From Candidatus Nanopelagicales bacterium (GTDB lineage Bacteria; Actinomycetota; Actinomycetes; S36-B12), in contig JAURME010000073.1 in the NCBI GenBank assembly GCA_030830865.1, positions 5,427 to 69,426 of the forward strand: a stretch of 64,000 nucleotides of DNA, given 5' to 3'. This document shows, one piece after another, positions 38,842 through 49,056 of this stretch. The translations under genes and the position numbers were made by a program. The notes beneath the pieces were generated by a model. That model was given only the letters and a program-made list of their open reading frames with translations, ran no database searches and was not told the origin of the DNA. Position 1 is the first letter of the stretch, and each line of letters opens with the position of its first letter.

Positions 38842-38874
38842 GACCCCTTCTCCCGCTCGGCGGGCGGAGGGGTC
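38842..38874. terminator. Bidirectional hairpin between convergent gltA and dapD
   Basis: GACCCCT...CCCGC-tcg-GCGGG...AGGGGTC nested stem. Overlaps the dapD stop codon. Confidence 0.5.
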
Positions 38875-39814
38875 AGTCGTTGGCGTGCAGGGCGGCATTG
38901 AGCCCACCCCAGGTGCCCGTGCGCTGCACAACCTCGATGGCCCCTGTTTGAGAGTTCCGGCGGAACAGCAGGTTCGACGCGCCGGAGAGCTCCTTGGCCT
39001 TGGTGGTCTCGCCGTCGGGGAGCAGCACCTTGGAGCCGCCGGTGACGTAGAGCCCGGCCTCGACGATGCAGTTGTCACCGAGGGAGATCCCCACGCCCGC
39101 ATTGGCGCCGATGAGGCAGCCCTCGCCGACGCTGATGACCTCCGTGCCACCGCCGGACAGGGTTCCCATGATGGAGGCGCCACCGCCGATGTCTGAGCCG
39201 TGGCCGACGACGACGCCCGCGGATATGCGACCCTCGACCATCGAGGTGCCGAGGGTGCCGGCATTGAAGTTCACGAATCCCTCGTGCATGACGACGGTGC
39301 CGGAGGCGAGGTGGGCGCCGAGGCGAACCCGGTCGGCGTCGGCGATGCGGACGCCGCTGGGGACGACGTAGTCGACCATGCGCGGGAACCGATCCACTCC
39401 GTGGACGGTCAGATGCTGGCCTCTGCGACGCAGGTGCAGGCGGGTCTCGGTCACGCGATCGATCGGGATGGGGCCGGCGCTGGTCCAGGCGACGAGCGGC
39501 AGGATCCCGAAGATCCCGTCGAGGTTGATCGAGTGCGGCCGGACGAGTCGGTGCGAGAGCAAGTGGAGGCGCAGGTAGGCATCCGCCGTATCGGCCGGCG
39601 GGGCCTGCAGGTCCTCGATGACCGTGGCGATGCTGCGCACGCTGATCCCGCGGACGGCGTCGGCCTCGATGCCCGCCTCGAGGTGGGGAACGTCGACGGG
39701 CGAGGTGCCCAGGACCGGTTCGGGGTACCAGACCTCCAGCACGGTGTCGCCGTCATAGGAGGCCAGGCCCAGACCGGACGCCCCGCCGGTCACGATCGTC
39801 TCTGCGGCAGTCAT
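38873..39814 (-). CDS. dapD: 2,3,4,5-tetrahydropyridine-2,6-dicarboxylate N-succinyltransferase
   Basis: Actinobacterial-type DapD with hexapeptide repeats ([22 protein letters not shown]). Start at MTAAE. Confidence 0.88.
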   Translation of the reverse strand: MTAAETIVTGGASGLGLASYDGDTVLEVWYPEPVLGTSPVDVPHLEAGIEADAVRGISVRSIATVIEDLQAPPADTADAYLRLHLLSHRLVRPHSINLDGIFGILPLVAWTSAGPIPIDRVTETRLHLRRRGQHLTVHGVDRFPRMVDYVVPSGVRIADADRVRLGAHLASGTVVMHEGFVNFNAGTLGTSMVEGRISAGVVVGHGSDIGGGASIMGTLSGGGTEVISVGEGCLIGANAGVGISLGDNCIVEAGLYVTGGSKVLLPDGETTKAKELSGASNLLFRRNSQTGAIEVVQRTGTWGGLNAALHAND

Positions 39815-39831
39815 GCGGCTACCGTAGCGAT

Positions 39832-40902
39832 GTGACCGCACACCCAGCCCTGGACCTCACCGGCGGCGCCGTGCCACTTGCAGCTGCCCTGATCGATGTG
39901 CCGAGTGAGTCCCGGCACGAAGCGGTCCTCGCCGACCTCGTCGAGGCAGCCCTGCGGGACGTCCCGTGGCTGGGAGTCGTCCGCCACGGGAACACCGTCG
40001 TGGCCCGCACGAACCTCGGTCGTGCGGAGCGTGTGCTCATCGGGGGCCATCTGGACACGGTTCCCGCGCACGGCAACCTCCCGCACCGCATCGAGGGGGA
40101 TGTGCTCTACGGCCTCGGGGCATGCGACATGAAGGGAGGGGTCGCGGTCTCCTTGTCGCTTGCCGCGACGCTCGCCAGCCCAGCGCGAGACATCACGTAC
40201 GTGTACTACGAGTGCGAGGAGATCGACGCGCAGCTCAACGGCCTGCGCATTCTCGCCGAGCAGCATCCGGAGCTGCTGCAGGCCGACCTTGCCATCCTCA
40301 TGGAGCCGTCGAACGCGGGCATCGAGGCCGGGTGCCAGGGCACGCTCCGCGCCGAGGTGACGGCGACCGGTACCCGATCGCACAGTGCGCGCTCGTGGAT
40401 GGGTGTCAACGCGATCCACGGCGCGCGAGACATCCTGGACCGACTGCTGGACTACGTGCCGCGCAACCCGGTCATCGACGGGCTGACCTACCGCGAGGGC
40501 CTGAACGCGGTGCGCATCGAGGGGGGAGTGGCGGGCAACGTCATCCCCGACTCCTGCACCGTCACGGTCAATTACCGATTCGCCCCGGACCGGTCAGTGG
40601 ACGAGGCCATTGCCCATGTGAGGGAGATCTTCAGCGGCTTCGTGGTCGCCGTCACGGATTCGGCGCCGGGAGCGCTGCCCGGCCTGGATCGACCGGCGGC
40701 CGCGGACTTCGTCGCCGCTGTCGCCTCGGCCCCGCAGCCCAAGTTCGGCTGGACGGATGTCGCGCGCTTCACGGAACTGGGGGTTCCCGCGCTGAACTAC
40801 GGGCCTGGCGACCCGTCCATCGCACACACGCAAAACGAGCATGTGGCGCTCGCAGAGATCGAGTCCTGCGAGCGCCACCTGCGCGCCTGGCTGATGCCCT
40901 GA
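39832..40902 (+). CDS. dapE: Succinyl-diaminopimelate desuccinylase
   Basis: M20 peptidase motifs GGHLDTVP and GACDMKGG. Divergent from dapD. Confidence 0.88.
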   Translation: MTAHPALDLTGGAVPLAAALIDVPSESRHEAVLADLVEAALRDVPWLGVVRHGNTVVARTNLGRAERVLIGGHLDTVPAHGNLPHRIEGDVLYGLGACDMKGGVAVSLSLAATLASPARDITYVYYECEEIDAQLNGLRILAEQHPELLQADLAILMEPSNAGIEAGCQGTLRAEVTATGTRSHSARSWMGVNAIHGARDILDRLLDYVPRNPVIDGLTYREGLNAVRIEGGVAGNVIPDSCTVTVNYRFAPDRSVDEAIAHVREIFSGFVVAVTDSAPGALPGLDRPAAADFVAAVASAPQPKFGWTDVARFTELGVPALNYGPGDPSIAHTQNEHVALAEIESCERHLRAWLMP

Positions 40903-40903
40903 C

Positions 40904-41467
40904 TCAGGCCTGCTTGACGGCCTCGACGTCGAGGACGAGGGTGATCTCGTCGCCCACCAGCACGCCACCGGTCTCGAGCGCGGCGTTCCAGGTCAGTCCG
41001 AAGTCCTTGCGGCTGATCTTGGCGGTGCCCTCGAAACCGACGCGCGTGAAGCCGAAGGGATCCATGCTCGTGCCGATGTACTCGTAGTTGACGGTCACGG
41101 AACGGGTCACGCCGCGGATCGTCAGGTCACCCGTGACTGCGACGTCGGGGCCATCGACGGTGACAGCGGTCGACGTGAACGTGAGCGTGGGGAAGTTCTC
41201 GACGTCGAGGAAGTCGGCGGAGACCAGGTGGCCGTCGCGGTCGGCATTCTGGGTGTCGATGCTCGCGGCCTGGATGGTCAGCTCTGCGGACGACGTGGCG
41301 AGGTCAACGCCGTCGATGGTCAGGGCGCCGGAGAAGTCAGCGAAGGTGCCACGCACCTTGGACACCATCGCGTGGCGGACGCTGAAGCCGATCGAAGTGT
41401 GGGTGGGGTCGATGTTCCAGGTGCCGGCTACGCCGGCGAGGCCGACCTTCACGGTGGCAGTGCTCAT
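40904..41467 (-). CDS. YceI family polyisoprenoid-binding protein
   Basis: GTWNIDPTHTSIGFSVRHAMVSKVRGTF motif. Start at MSTAT. Confidence 0.85.
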   Translation of the reverse strand: MSTATVKVGLAGVAGTWNIDPTHTSIGFSVRHAMVSKVRGTFADFSGALTIDGVDLATSSAELTIQAASIDTQNADRDGHLVSADFLDVENFPTLTFTSTAVTVDGPDVAVTGDLTIRGVTRSVTVNYEYIGTSMDPFGFTRVGFEGTAKISRKDFGLTWNAALETGGVLVGDEITLVLDVEAVKQA

Positions 41468-41500
41468 GTGTTCCTCCGAAAGTGTGGATGATTGTGGGAG

Positions 41501-41518
41501 TAGTTGAGTAATCAACTA
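41501..41518. promoter_or_regulatory. Inverted repeat TAGTTGA-gtaa-TCAACTA in the AT-rich yceI/LOG divergent intergenic region
   Basis: 7-bp perfect arms, 34 nt upstream of the yceI ATG and 60 nt upstream of the LOG ATG. Confidence 0.35.
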
Positions 41519-41577
41519 AGTTGGACATTACAAGATGGTTGACGATTGAACAAGTGAGGGTCTCGTAGGGTGCAGCC

Positions 41578-42138
41578 ATGCCCGCGGTGTGCGTCTTCTG
41601 CGCCTCGAGCCAGCAGATCGACGAGCGCTACCTCGAGCTCGCCGCGGAGGTCGGCACGGCCATCGCCGAACGGGGCTGGGACCTCGTCTCGGGGGCCGGC
41701 TCGATATCGATGATGGGAGCGCTGGCCCGGGCCGCCCGCTCGGCCGGTGGGCACACGATCGGGGTGATCCCGGACGCCCTCGTCCAGCGGGAGGTCGCCG
41801 ACCACGAGTCCGACGAGTTCCTCGTCACGCGCGACATGCGGCAGCGCAAGGGACTGATGGACGAGCGGTCCGATGCCTTCCTCGCGCTCCCGGGCGGGAT
41901 CGGCACGCTCGAGGAGCTCGTCGAGGCCTGGACCGCCCGCAGCCTGAACATGCACCACAAGCCCGTCGTCGTCCTCGATCCCTGGGGCGACTACGACCAC
42001 CTCCACGCCCTGCTCGACCACTGGCAGGAGCGGGGCTTCGTCCGATCGGAGGCCGTGGCCCACGTGCACTGGGCCCTGGACATCACCGACGCTCTGGACG
42101 CGATCGACCGCGCCTGGCACGACTCCGTGGTGGAATGA
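41578..42138 (+). CDS. LOG-family (TIGR00730) nucleotide phosphoribohydrolase
   Basis: PGGIGTLEELVEAW motif and an SGAGSISMMGA glycine-rich motif. Confidence 0.85.
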   Translation: MPAVCVFCASSQQIDERYLELAAEVGTAIAERGWDLVSGAGSISMMGALARAARSAGGHTIGVIPDALVQREVADHESDEFLVTRDMRQRKGLMDERSDAFLALPGGIGTLEELVEAWTARSLNMHHKPVVVLDPWGDYDHLHALLDHWQERGFVRSEAVAHVHWALDITDALDAIDRAWHDSVVE

Positions 42139-42142
42139 CGCC

Positions 42143-42385
42143 ATGTCGCTCGTCTTCGCGGTCGCCCTCATCCTCGTCATCGGTGGCGTGGTCATGGTCT
42201 TCTCCGGCCGCTGGTCGGGGATGACGGAACCGGCGCGAGACCGGCGCCCGCAGGACACCGGGACCGGTCGATTCGATGTCGCGCTGCGTGGCTATCGCAT
42301 GGATGAAGTGGATGCCCGCATAGAGGAGCTCGAGCGGGAGAACGCCGAGTTGCGCGCAGGGAGCCCGCCGTCAGCACGACCCTGA
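42143..42385 (+). CDS. Small membrane-anchored DivIVA-domain protein
   Basis: N-terminal TM, then FDVALRGYRMDEVDARIEELERENAELR. Confidence 0.7.
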   Translation: MSLVFAVALILVIGGVVMVFSGRWSGMTEPARDRRPQDTGTGRFDVALRGYRMDEVDARIEELERENAELRAGSPPSARP

Positions 42386-42488
42386 CGTCTGCCGAGATCG
42401 CCCGTCGGAGATAATGGACGTCTGCCTGCACCCCACGCGGGCGCCGAGGGGCATCTGGCCCTGAGGAAGTCGACGGAAGGGGACCCAC

Positions 42489-42656
42489 ATGGCCGCGATG
42501 AAGCCGCGAACGGGCGATGGCCCGCTCGAGGTGACCAAGGAGGGCCGTGGCTACGTCATGCGCGTTCCTCTCGAGGGCGGCGGCCGCCTTGTCGTCGAGC
42601 TCAACGGCGAGGAGGCCAAGGAGCTTGGTGACTGCCTGCTGGAGCACTTCTCCTAG
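42489..42656 (+). CDS. DUF3117-like conserved 55-aa actinobacterial protein (absent from the ORF track, below its length cut-off)
   Basis: Translated by hand: MAAMKPRTGDGPLEVTKEGRGYVMRVPLEGGGRLVVELNGEEAKELGDCLLEHFS*. GGAAGGGGA RBS 5-13 nt upstream. Followed by a strong hairpin. Confidence 0.8.
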   Translation: MAAMKPRTGDGPLEVTKEGRGYVMRVPLEGGGRLVVELNGEEAKELGDCLLEHFS

Positions 42657-42690
42657 GCGCGGCGAGTCCCGAACTCACGCAACGTGAGAA

Positions 42691-42722
42691 GGGCCCCGGA
42701 CACGATCTCGTGTCCGGGGCCC
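42691..42722. terminator. Perfect 14-bp-stem hairpin between convergent DUF3117 and O-methyltransferase genes
   Basis: GGGCCCCGGACACG-atct-CGTGTCCGGGGCCC. Confidence 0.7.
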
Positions 42723-42747
42723 TTCGCGTACGTCGATCGCCGGTCGC

Positions 42748-43386
42748 CTAGGTCCGGTCGCGCAGGGAAGCCACCAGGAGGCCGTCCCCCACCGTCAGCA
42801 GGGCCGGCATCCAGTCGTCGTCCATCTTGATGGCCGCCGCCGTGTCACGCAGAGCCATGGTCTCGGCGTCTCGCTCCGCAGGATCGGCAACGCGACCGCT
42901 CCAGAGCATGTTGTCGAAGACCACCAGGCCGCCGACCCGCAGGAGCCGCTTGGCCTGGGGCAGGATCGCGGGGTACTCCGTCTTGTCTCCGTCGACGAAG
43001 ACGAGGTCGTAGGCCGCATCCGACATCCGGGGAAGAACGTCCAGCGCCCGGCCGGCGATGAGCCGGGCCCGGGTGTGGTCGTAGCCGAGTTCGGTGAAGG
43101 TCTCACGGGCCACCCGCTGGTTCTCCGCCTCGACGTCGATGCTGGTCAGCACGCCGGTGGGGGCCATGCCTGACAGCAGGGCGGATCCGGAGACCCCGGC
43201 ACCCGTGCCGATCTCGACGATCGCCTGGGCGTTGACCGTTGCAGCCAGGAGGCGGAGCAGGGCCGCAGACGGGCGACTGAGGGCGATGGCCCCGAGTTCC
43301 TCGCCCCTCTCGCGGGCCTCACGAATGGTCTCGGATTCCTCCGACCAGCCGTCGACGTACTCCCACGAGAGGGGAGTGGGGGGCAT
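42748..43386 (-). CDS. Class I SAM-dependent O-methyltransferase (caffeoyl-CoA OMT-like)
   Basis: VEIGTGAGVSG SAM motif, DLVFVDGDK, GGLVVFDNMLW. Confidence 0.85.
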   Translation of the reverse strand: MPPTPLSWEYVDGWSEESETIREARERGEELGAIALSRPSAALLRLLAATVNAQAIVEIGTGAGVSGSALLSGMAPTGVLTSIDVEAENQRVARETFTELGYDHTRARLIAGRALDVLPRMSDAAYDLVFVDGDKTEYPAILPQAKRLLRVGGLVVFDNMLWSGRVADPAERDAETMALRDTAAAIKMDDDWMPALLTVGDGLLVASLRDRT

Positions 43387-43534
43387 GGGGTCATTGCCGG
43401 CGCTGGCGATGATGCACCTCCGTGCAGGTCGTTGGCCGGCCCTCGCAGGGCAGCCGGGTTCGCCCGCAGCCTAGTTGAGAACTACCGTGGGCACGTGCGG
43501 ACCGTGCCACGGGCCGCAAGAACGTGGAGGTTCC

Positions 43535-44731
<1,197 letters not shown>

Positions 44732-44734
44732 TCC

Positions 44735-45091
44735 ATGTTCGACATCGGCCTGGGCGAGATCCTCATCATCGCGGTGATCGGGCTGCTCGTCTTCGGTCCG
44801 GAGCGGCTTCCGAAGGCGGCGGCTGATGGCGCCAAATGGCTGCGCCAGATCCGCAGCATGGCATCCGGGGCCCGTCAGGACCTCGCGGACTCTGCCGGAG
44901 TCGACCTCGGTGATGCCGTCGACACGGTGAAGGAACTCCGCGACCTGCATCCCAAGCGGCTCGCCGCGAGCCTGTTCGAGGATCAGGACGACGAGAAGGC
45001 GCAGGGCAAGGTTCCGCCTGCCAAGACGGACGATGCATCTTCACGTTCGGACGCCGACCAGCGGCCCGCCTACGACCCCGACGCCACCTGA
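44735..45091 (+). CDS. tatB: Sec-independent protein translocase subunit TatB
   Basis: MFDIGLGEILIIAVIGLLVFGPERLP plus an amphipathic helix and acidic tail. TatA versus TatB is assigned from context only. Confidence 0.8.
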   Translation: MFDIGLGEILIIAVIGLLVFGPERLPKAAADGAKWLRQIRSMASGARQDLADSAGVDLGDAVDTVKELRDLHPKRLAASLFEDQDDEKAQGKVPPAKTDDASSRSDADQRPAYDPDAT

Positions 45092-45110
45092 CCGGCATCG
45101 ACCGCCGCGG

Positions 45111-46250
45111 TCAGCGGCCGGCGGGGGAGATGCCCAGGCTCATGCCGGCGAGGCCGCGCGGCTTGCGCCCCAGGGTCTCGGCGATGGCCCGCAGGCCTTG
45201 AGCCGCGGGCGCGTCGGGGGTGCTGAGCACCAGCGGGTGCCCCGTGTCACCGCCCTCGCGCAGGGCGGGGTCGAACGGGATCTGTCCCAGCAATGGCACC
45301 TCGGTCCCCAACTCGGCGCTGAGCATCGAGGCGACGAGTTCACCGCCACCGACTCCGAAGAGGTCCAGGGGCTCTCCGCAGTGCGGGCACGGGAAGGCGC
45401 TCATGTTCTCGATCACGCCGGCGACCTTCTGGTGGGTCTGTGCCGCGAGGGTGCCCGCGCGTACCGCGACGTCGGCGGAAGCCGCCTGCGGGGTCGTCAC
45501 GACGACGAGCTCGGAGTTGGGCAGGAGCTGCGCGGTCGATATCGCGATGTCGCCGGTGCCCGGCGGAAGGTCGAGCAGCAGAGCATCGAGGTCGCCCCAC
45601 CACACGTCGGAGAGGAACTGCTCGAGCGCGCGGTGCAGCATCGGTCCCCGGAAGGCCACCGGCTGGGACACGCCGCCCGGCTTGAAGGGCAGCATGGAGA
45701 TGACGCGCACCCCGTACGACTGCGGAGGCATGATCATGCCCTCGACCATGGTCGGCGGCTCGGTGGCGTTGAGGATCCTGGGGATCGAATGGCCGTAGAC
45801 GTCCGCATCCACCAGCCCGACGGAGAGCCCCATCTCGGCGAGTGCGACGGCAAGGTTCGCTGTGACGGAGGACTTGCCTACCCCGCCCTTGCCGGAGGCT
45901 ATGGCGAACACCTTGGTCGTGGAGCCGGCCTTGGCGAAGGGGATCTCCTTCACCTCTCCGCCTCTCAGCTGCTCCCGAAGCTTCGCCCGCTGGTCGTCGG
46001 ACATGACGTCCAGGGCCACCTCGACGCGTGTGACGTCGGGTACGGCCATCACCGCTGCGGTCACGCGTTCGGTGATGGCGTCGCGCATGGGGCAGCCGGC
46101 GACCGTCAGGAAGATGCCGACCTTGACGACGCCCTTCTTGGAGGCGTCGACCGACTTGACCATCCCCAATTCGGTGATGGGCCGGTTGATCTCCGGGTCA
46201 TTGACAGTTGCGAGGGCAGCGTTGATCGCATCGACAGAGGGTGCTGGCAT
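45111..46250 (-). CDS. mrp: Mrp/ApbC/NBP35-family Fe-S cluster carrier ATPase
   Basis: N-terminal DUF59-like region (VNDPEINRPITELGMV), deviant Walker A SGKGGVGKSS, and CPHC motif. Confidence 0.88.
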   Translation of the reverse strand: MPAPSVDAINAALATVNDPEINRPITELGMVKSVDASKKGVVKVGIFLTVAGCPMRDAITERVTAAVMAVPDVTRVEVALDVMSDDQRAKLREQLRGGEVKEIPFAKAGSTTKVFAIASGKGGVGKSSVTANLAVALAEMGLSVGLVDADVYGHSIPRILNATEPPTMVEGMIMPPQSYGVRVISMLPFKPGGVSQPVAFRGPMLHRALEQFLSDVWWGDLDALLLDLPPGTGDIAISTAQLLPNSELVVVTTPQAASADVAVRAGTLAAQTHQKVAGVIENMSAFPCPHCGEPLDLFGVGGGELVASMLSAELGTEVPLLGQIPFDPALREGGDTGHPLVLSTPDAPAAQGLRAIAETLGRKPRGLAGMSLGISPAGR

Positions 46251-46259
46251 GCCCCGATG

Positions 46260-46808
46260 CTATTGCGAGTCGGCGGAGCCCGCGTCCGGCGGAGTACTTG
46301 GAGGGACTTCCTCAGCGCTCTCCTCCTCCAGCAGTTCGCGCAGGTCGCCCGCGAGGTCGCGGAGCTCCCCACGGACGTAGTCGCGCGTGGCGACGTCGCC
46401 GAGCGCGATGCGCAGAGCAGCCAGCTCCCGGGCGATGTACTCGTTGTCGGCCAGCAGCCGCTCCGTGCGTGCCCGATCCTCGGCGAACTGGACGCGGTCT
46501 CGGTCCGTCTGACGGTTCTGGGCCAGGAGGATCAGCGGGGCTGCATAGGAGGCCTGCAGGGACAGCAGCAGGGTCAGGAAGATGAAGGGGAACGGGTCCG
46601 GCGCCCCTTCGACCATCGCGAGGTTGATCGCCAGCCAGATGACTATGGCGATCGTCATCCACATGATGAAGGCCCAGGAGCCGATGCCACGGGCCACGCG
46701 CTCGGACAGCCGGCCGAAACGCTCGCTGTCGACCGACGGGCGGAGCGAGCGAGAGCGGTCCAGCGGCTGATCCAGGCCGCCTGCTCGGCGGGATCGGGGT
46801 GCGGCCAT
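46260..46808 (-). CDS. DUF1003 membrane protein
   Basis: PFPFIFLTLLLSLQASYAAPLILLAQNRQ motif. Confidence 0.75.
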   Translation of the reverse strand: MAAPRSRRAGGLDQPLDRSRSLRPSVDSERFGRLSERVARGIGSWAFIMWMTIAIVIWLAINLAMVEGAPDPFPFIFLTLLLSLQASYAAPLILLAQNRQTDRDRVQFAEDRARTERLLADNEYIARELAALRIALGDVATRDYVRGELRDLAGDLRELLEEESAEEVPPSTPPDAGSADSQ

Positions 46809-46810
46809 GG

Positions 46811-48070
46811 TCAGTCGCCTCCCGCTTCGTCGTCGTCAGTATCGCGCCAGTCGCGCGGCAGCATGTGGTCGATGACGTCGTCGATCGTGACGGCACCGAG
46901 CAGATGGTCGGCCTCGTCGACGACGGGGAGGGCGACGAGGTTGTAGGCGGCGAAGAGTCGCGTCAGGACGGCCAGGGGTGCGTCGGGACCGACGGGCATG
47001 AGGTTCACGTCCACGAGTGCGGAGACCAGCGTTCCCGGCGGCTCCCGAAGAAGCTTCTGGAAGTGGCAGGTGCCAAGGTAGCGGCCGGTGGGCGTCTCCG
47101 TCGGATTGCGCGTGATGTACACCTGTGACGCGAGCGCCGGCGACAGGTCCGGGTTGCGGATGTGCGCCAGGGCATCCGCCACGGTGGCATCCGGCGGCAG
47201 GATCACCGGCTCGGTGGTCATCAGTCCACCGGCGGAGAAGTCGTCGTAGGTGAGCAGACGGCGCAGGTCCTCAGCGTCGTCGGGCTCGATGCGCTCGAGA
47301 AGGTCCTCCGCCTGCTCCGGCGGCAGGTCCGACAGCAGGTCAGCGGCATCGGCCGGGTCCATCTCCTCGAGGACGTCGGCGGCGCGCTCGGCCTCGAGGG
47401 CCTGGACGATCTCGATGCGGTCATCGTCGTTGAGCTCCTCGAAGACGTCCGCGAGCCGCTCGTCGTCGAGTTCCCGCGCGACCTCCACCCTCCGCTTGGA
47501 GGACAGGTCGTGCAGGACGTTGGCGACGTCGGCCGGTCGCATGGTGTCGAGCTGGGCGACGAGCTGCTCTGCCGGCTGGTGCGTGGCCGGCAGGGACAGG
47601 CCTGTCACCTCGTCCCAGTCGACGACGAGGGAGTCGCCTCGGCGTCGAAGGCCGCTGCCGTGCTTGCGGACGAACAGCTCGGAGACGTACCAGTCGCGGG
47701 TCTGCGCCCTCTCCGCAGCGACATCCAGGATGGTCACCGTCTCCTGGGAAACCACGAGAGTGACGCTCCGGTCGAGGAGCTCGCCGATGACCAGGGTCTC
47801 GTTGCTGCGCTTCTCGAAGCGGCGCAGGTTGACGGTGCCGGTCACAATGACCTGGCTGGCGTCGATGGCGGTTACCTTGGTCATGGGGACGAAGATGCGG
47901 CGTCGCGGCTGGACCTCGACGACGAGTCCGGTGAGGCGCGGCGGGTTCGCGCCGATGCGCAGCACCACAATGGCGTCACGAACCTTGCCCACCTTGTCGC
48001 CGTTGGGGTCGAAGACCGCCAAACCGGCCAGGCGGGCGAGGAACACCCGGGTTGCAGCACCGATCGTCAC
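46811..48070 (-). CDS. Soluble MgtE-N/CBS-pair protein with PRC-barrel-like N-terminus (no transporter TM domain)
   Basis: Acidic MgtE_N helices (DDERLADVFEELNDDDRIEIVQALEAERAADVLEEMDPADAADLL) followed by a CBS pair. Ends without membrane segments. Confidence 0.75.
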   Translation of the reverse strand: MTIGAATRVFLARLAGLAVFDPNGDKVGKVRDAIVVLRIGANPPRLTGLVVEVQPRRRIFVPMTKVTAIDASQVIVTGTVNLRRFEKRSNETLVIGELLDRSVTLVVSQETVTILDVAAERAQTRDWYVSELFVRKHGSGLRRRGDSLVVDWDEVTGLSLPATHQPAEQLVAQLDTMRPADVANVLHDLSSKRRVEVARELDDERLADVFEELNDDDRIEIVQALEAERAADVLEEMDPADAADLLSDLPPEQAEDLLERIEPDDAEDLRRLLTYDDFSAGGLMTTEPVILPPDATVADALAHIRNPDLSPALASQVYITRNPTETPTGRYLGTCHFQKLLREPPGTLVSALVDVNLMPVGPDAPLAVLTRLFAAYNLVALPVVDEADHLLGAVTIDDVIDHMLPRDWRDTDDDEAGGD

Positions 48071-48108
48071 GTCGGCAGGCTACCGCCCATCAGGGAAGGG
48101 AGGCCCGC

Positions 48109-49035
48109 ATGGCGCAGGCTGCGCGTCCGGTGGCGACGCTCGGCGCACCCCCCGCAGCGGATCTCGCCCTGCTCGGCATCGCCGTCCTCTTCATCGCCTC
48201 GTCCGCCCCGATCATCGCCGCGATCGCCGCGCCGGCGCTCGCGATCGCCTTCTGGCGGTGCTTCCTCGGCTCGGCCCTCACCGCCCCGTGGGTGCTCCTG
48301 CGGCGGCGAGGGGAGCTTCGGTCGCTCACCCGTCGTGACGTCCTGCTCATCGGGGGTGCAGGCCTGTTGCTGGGCGCGCACTTCGCGACGTGGATCCCAT
48401 CACTTCGCTTCACCTCGGTAGCCGCGTCCACCGCACTGGTGGCGACTCAGCCGGTCTGGGCCGCGCTCATCGCCAGGTTCCGCGGGGCGCACATCCCGCG
48501 CCGTGCCTGGCTGGGCATCGCCATCGCGCTCGTCGGTGTCCTGGTCCTGACCGGGATCGATGCCTCGATTGATCCTCAGCACCTCATCGGCGACGCCCTG
48601 GCACTGATCGGCGCGATCCTGGCCGCCGGCTATGTGACCGTCGCCGAAGAGGCACGCCGTACCGTGTCGACTCCGACTCTGACGACGGGCCTGTATGCCA
48701 CGTCGGCGGTGCTGCTCCTCGGCCTCACGCTCTTGCTGGGGCAGGCGCTCGCCGGCTTCTCCCTGAAGGACTGGATCCTCATCGGACTGCTCACTCTGGG
48801 CGCGCAACTGCTGGGCCACACCCTCATCAACAAGGTTCTCGCGACGACTTCGGCCACGGTGGTGTCACTGGGCATCCTGTTCGAGATGCCGGGCGCGACC
48901 ATCATCGCGGCGCTGGCTCTGGGCCAGTTGCCGCCATGGGGCGTGATCCCGGCCGCGGCCCTGATGTTCGTCGGGATCGTGATGGTCATCCGGGCGGGGT
49001 CGCGCACCACACCGTCGGAGACGTCACCGATCTGA
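48109..49035 (+). CDS. EamA/DMT-family transporter
   Basis: 10 TM segments in two EamA repeats. Start at MAQAAR. Confidence 0.8.
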   Translation: MAQAARPVATLGAPPAADLALLGIAVLFIASSAPIIAAIAAPALAIAFWRCFLGSALTAPWVLLRRRGELRSLTRRDVLLIGGAGLLLGAHFATWIPSLRFTSVAASTALVATQPVWAALIARFRGAHIPRRAWLGIAIALVGVLVLTGIDASIDPQHLIGDALALIGAILAAGYVTVAEEARRTVSTPTLTTGLYATSAVLLLGLTLLLGQALAGFSLKDWILIGLLTLGAQLLGHTLINKVLATTSATVVSLGILFEMPGATIIAALALGQLPPWGVIPAAALMFVGIVMVIRAGSRTTPSETSPI

Positions 49036-49056
49036 ACGACATGCGACGATGGACCG

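Noticed and set aside
41539-41571. Defined -35/-10 promoter for the LOG gene
   Set aside because: TTGACG (41539) to TAGGGT (41566) is spaced 21 nt, and TTGAAC (41546) to TAGGGT only 14 nt. Neither fits a 16-19-nt spacer, so it is mentioned only as a possibility in the finding on this spacer.
43387-43534. SigE-type ECF promoter (GGAAC-N16-18-CGTT) upstream of htrA
   Set aside because: Only loose matches exist (GAGAACT...CCGTG; AAGAACG next to the RBS), with wrong spacing. Not supportable without transcription start data.
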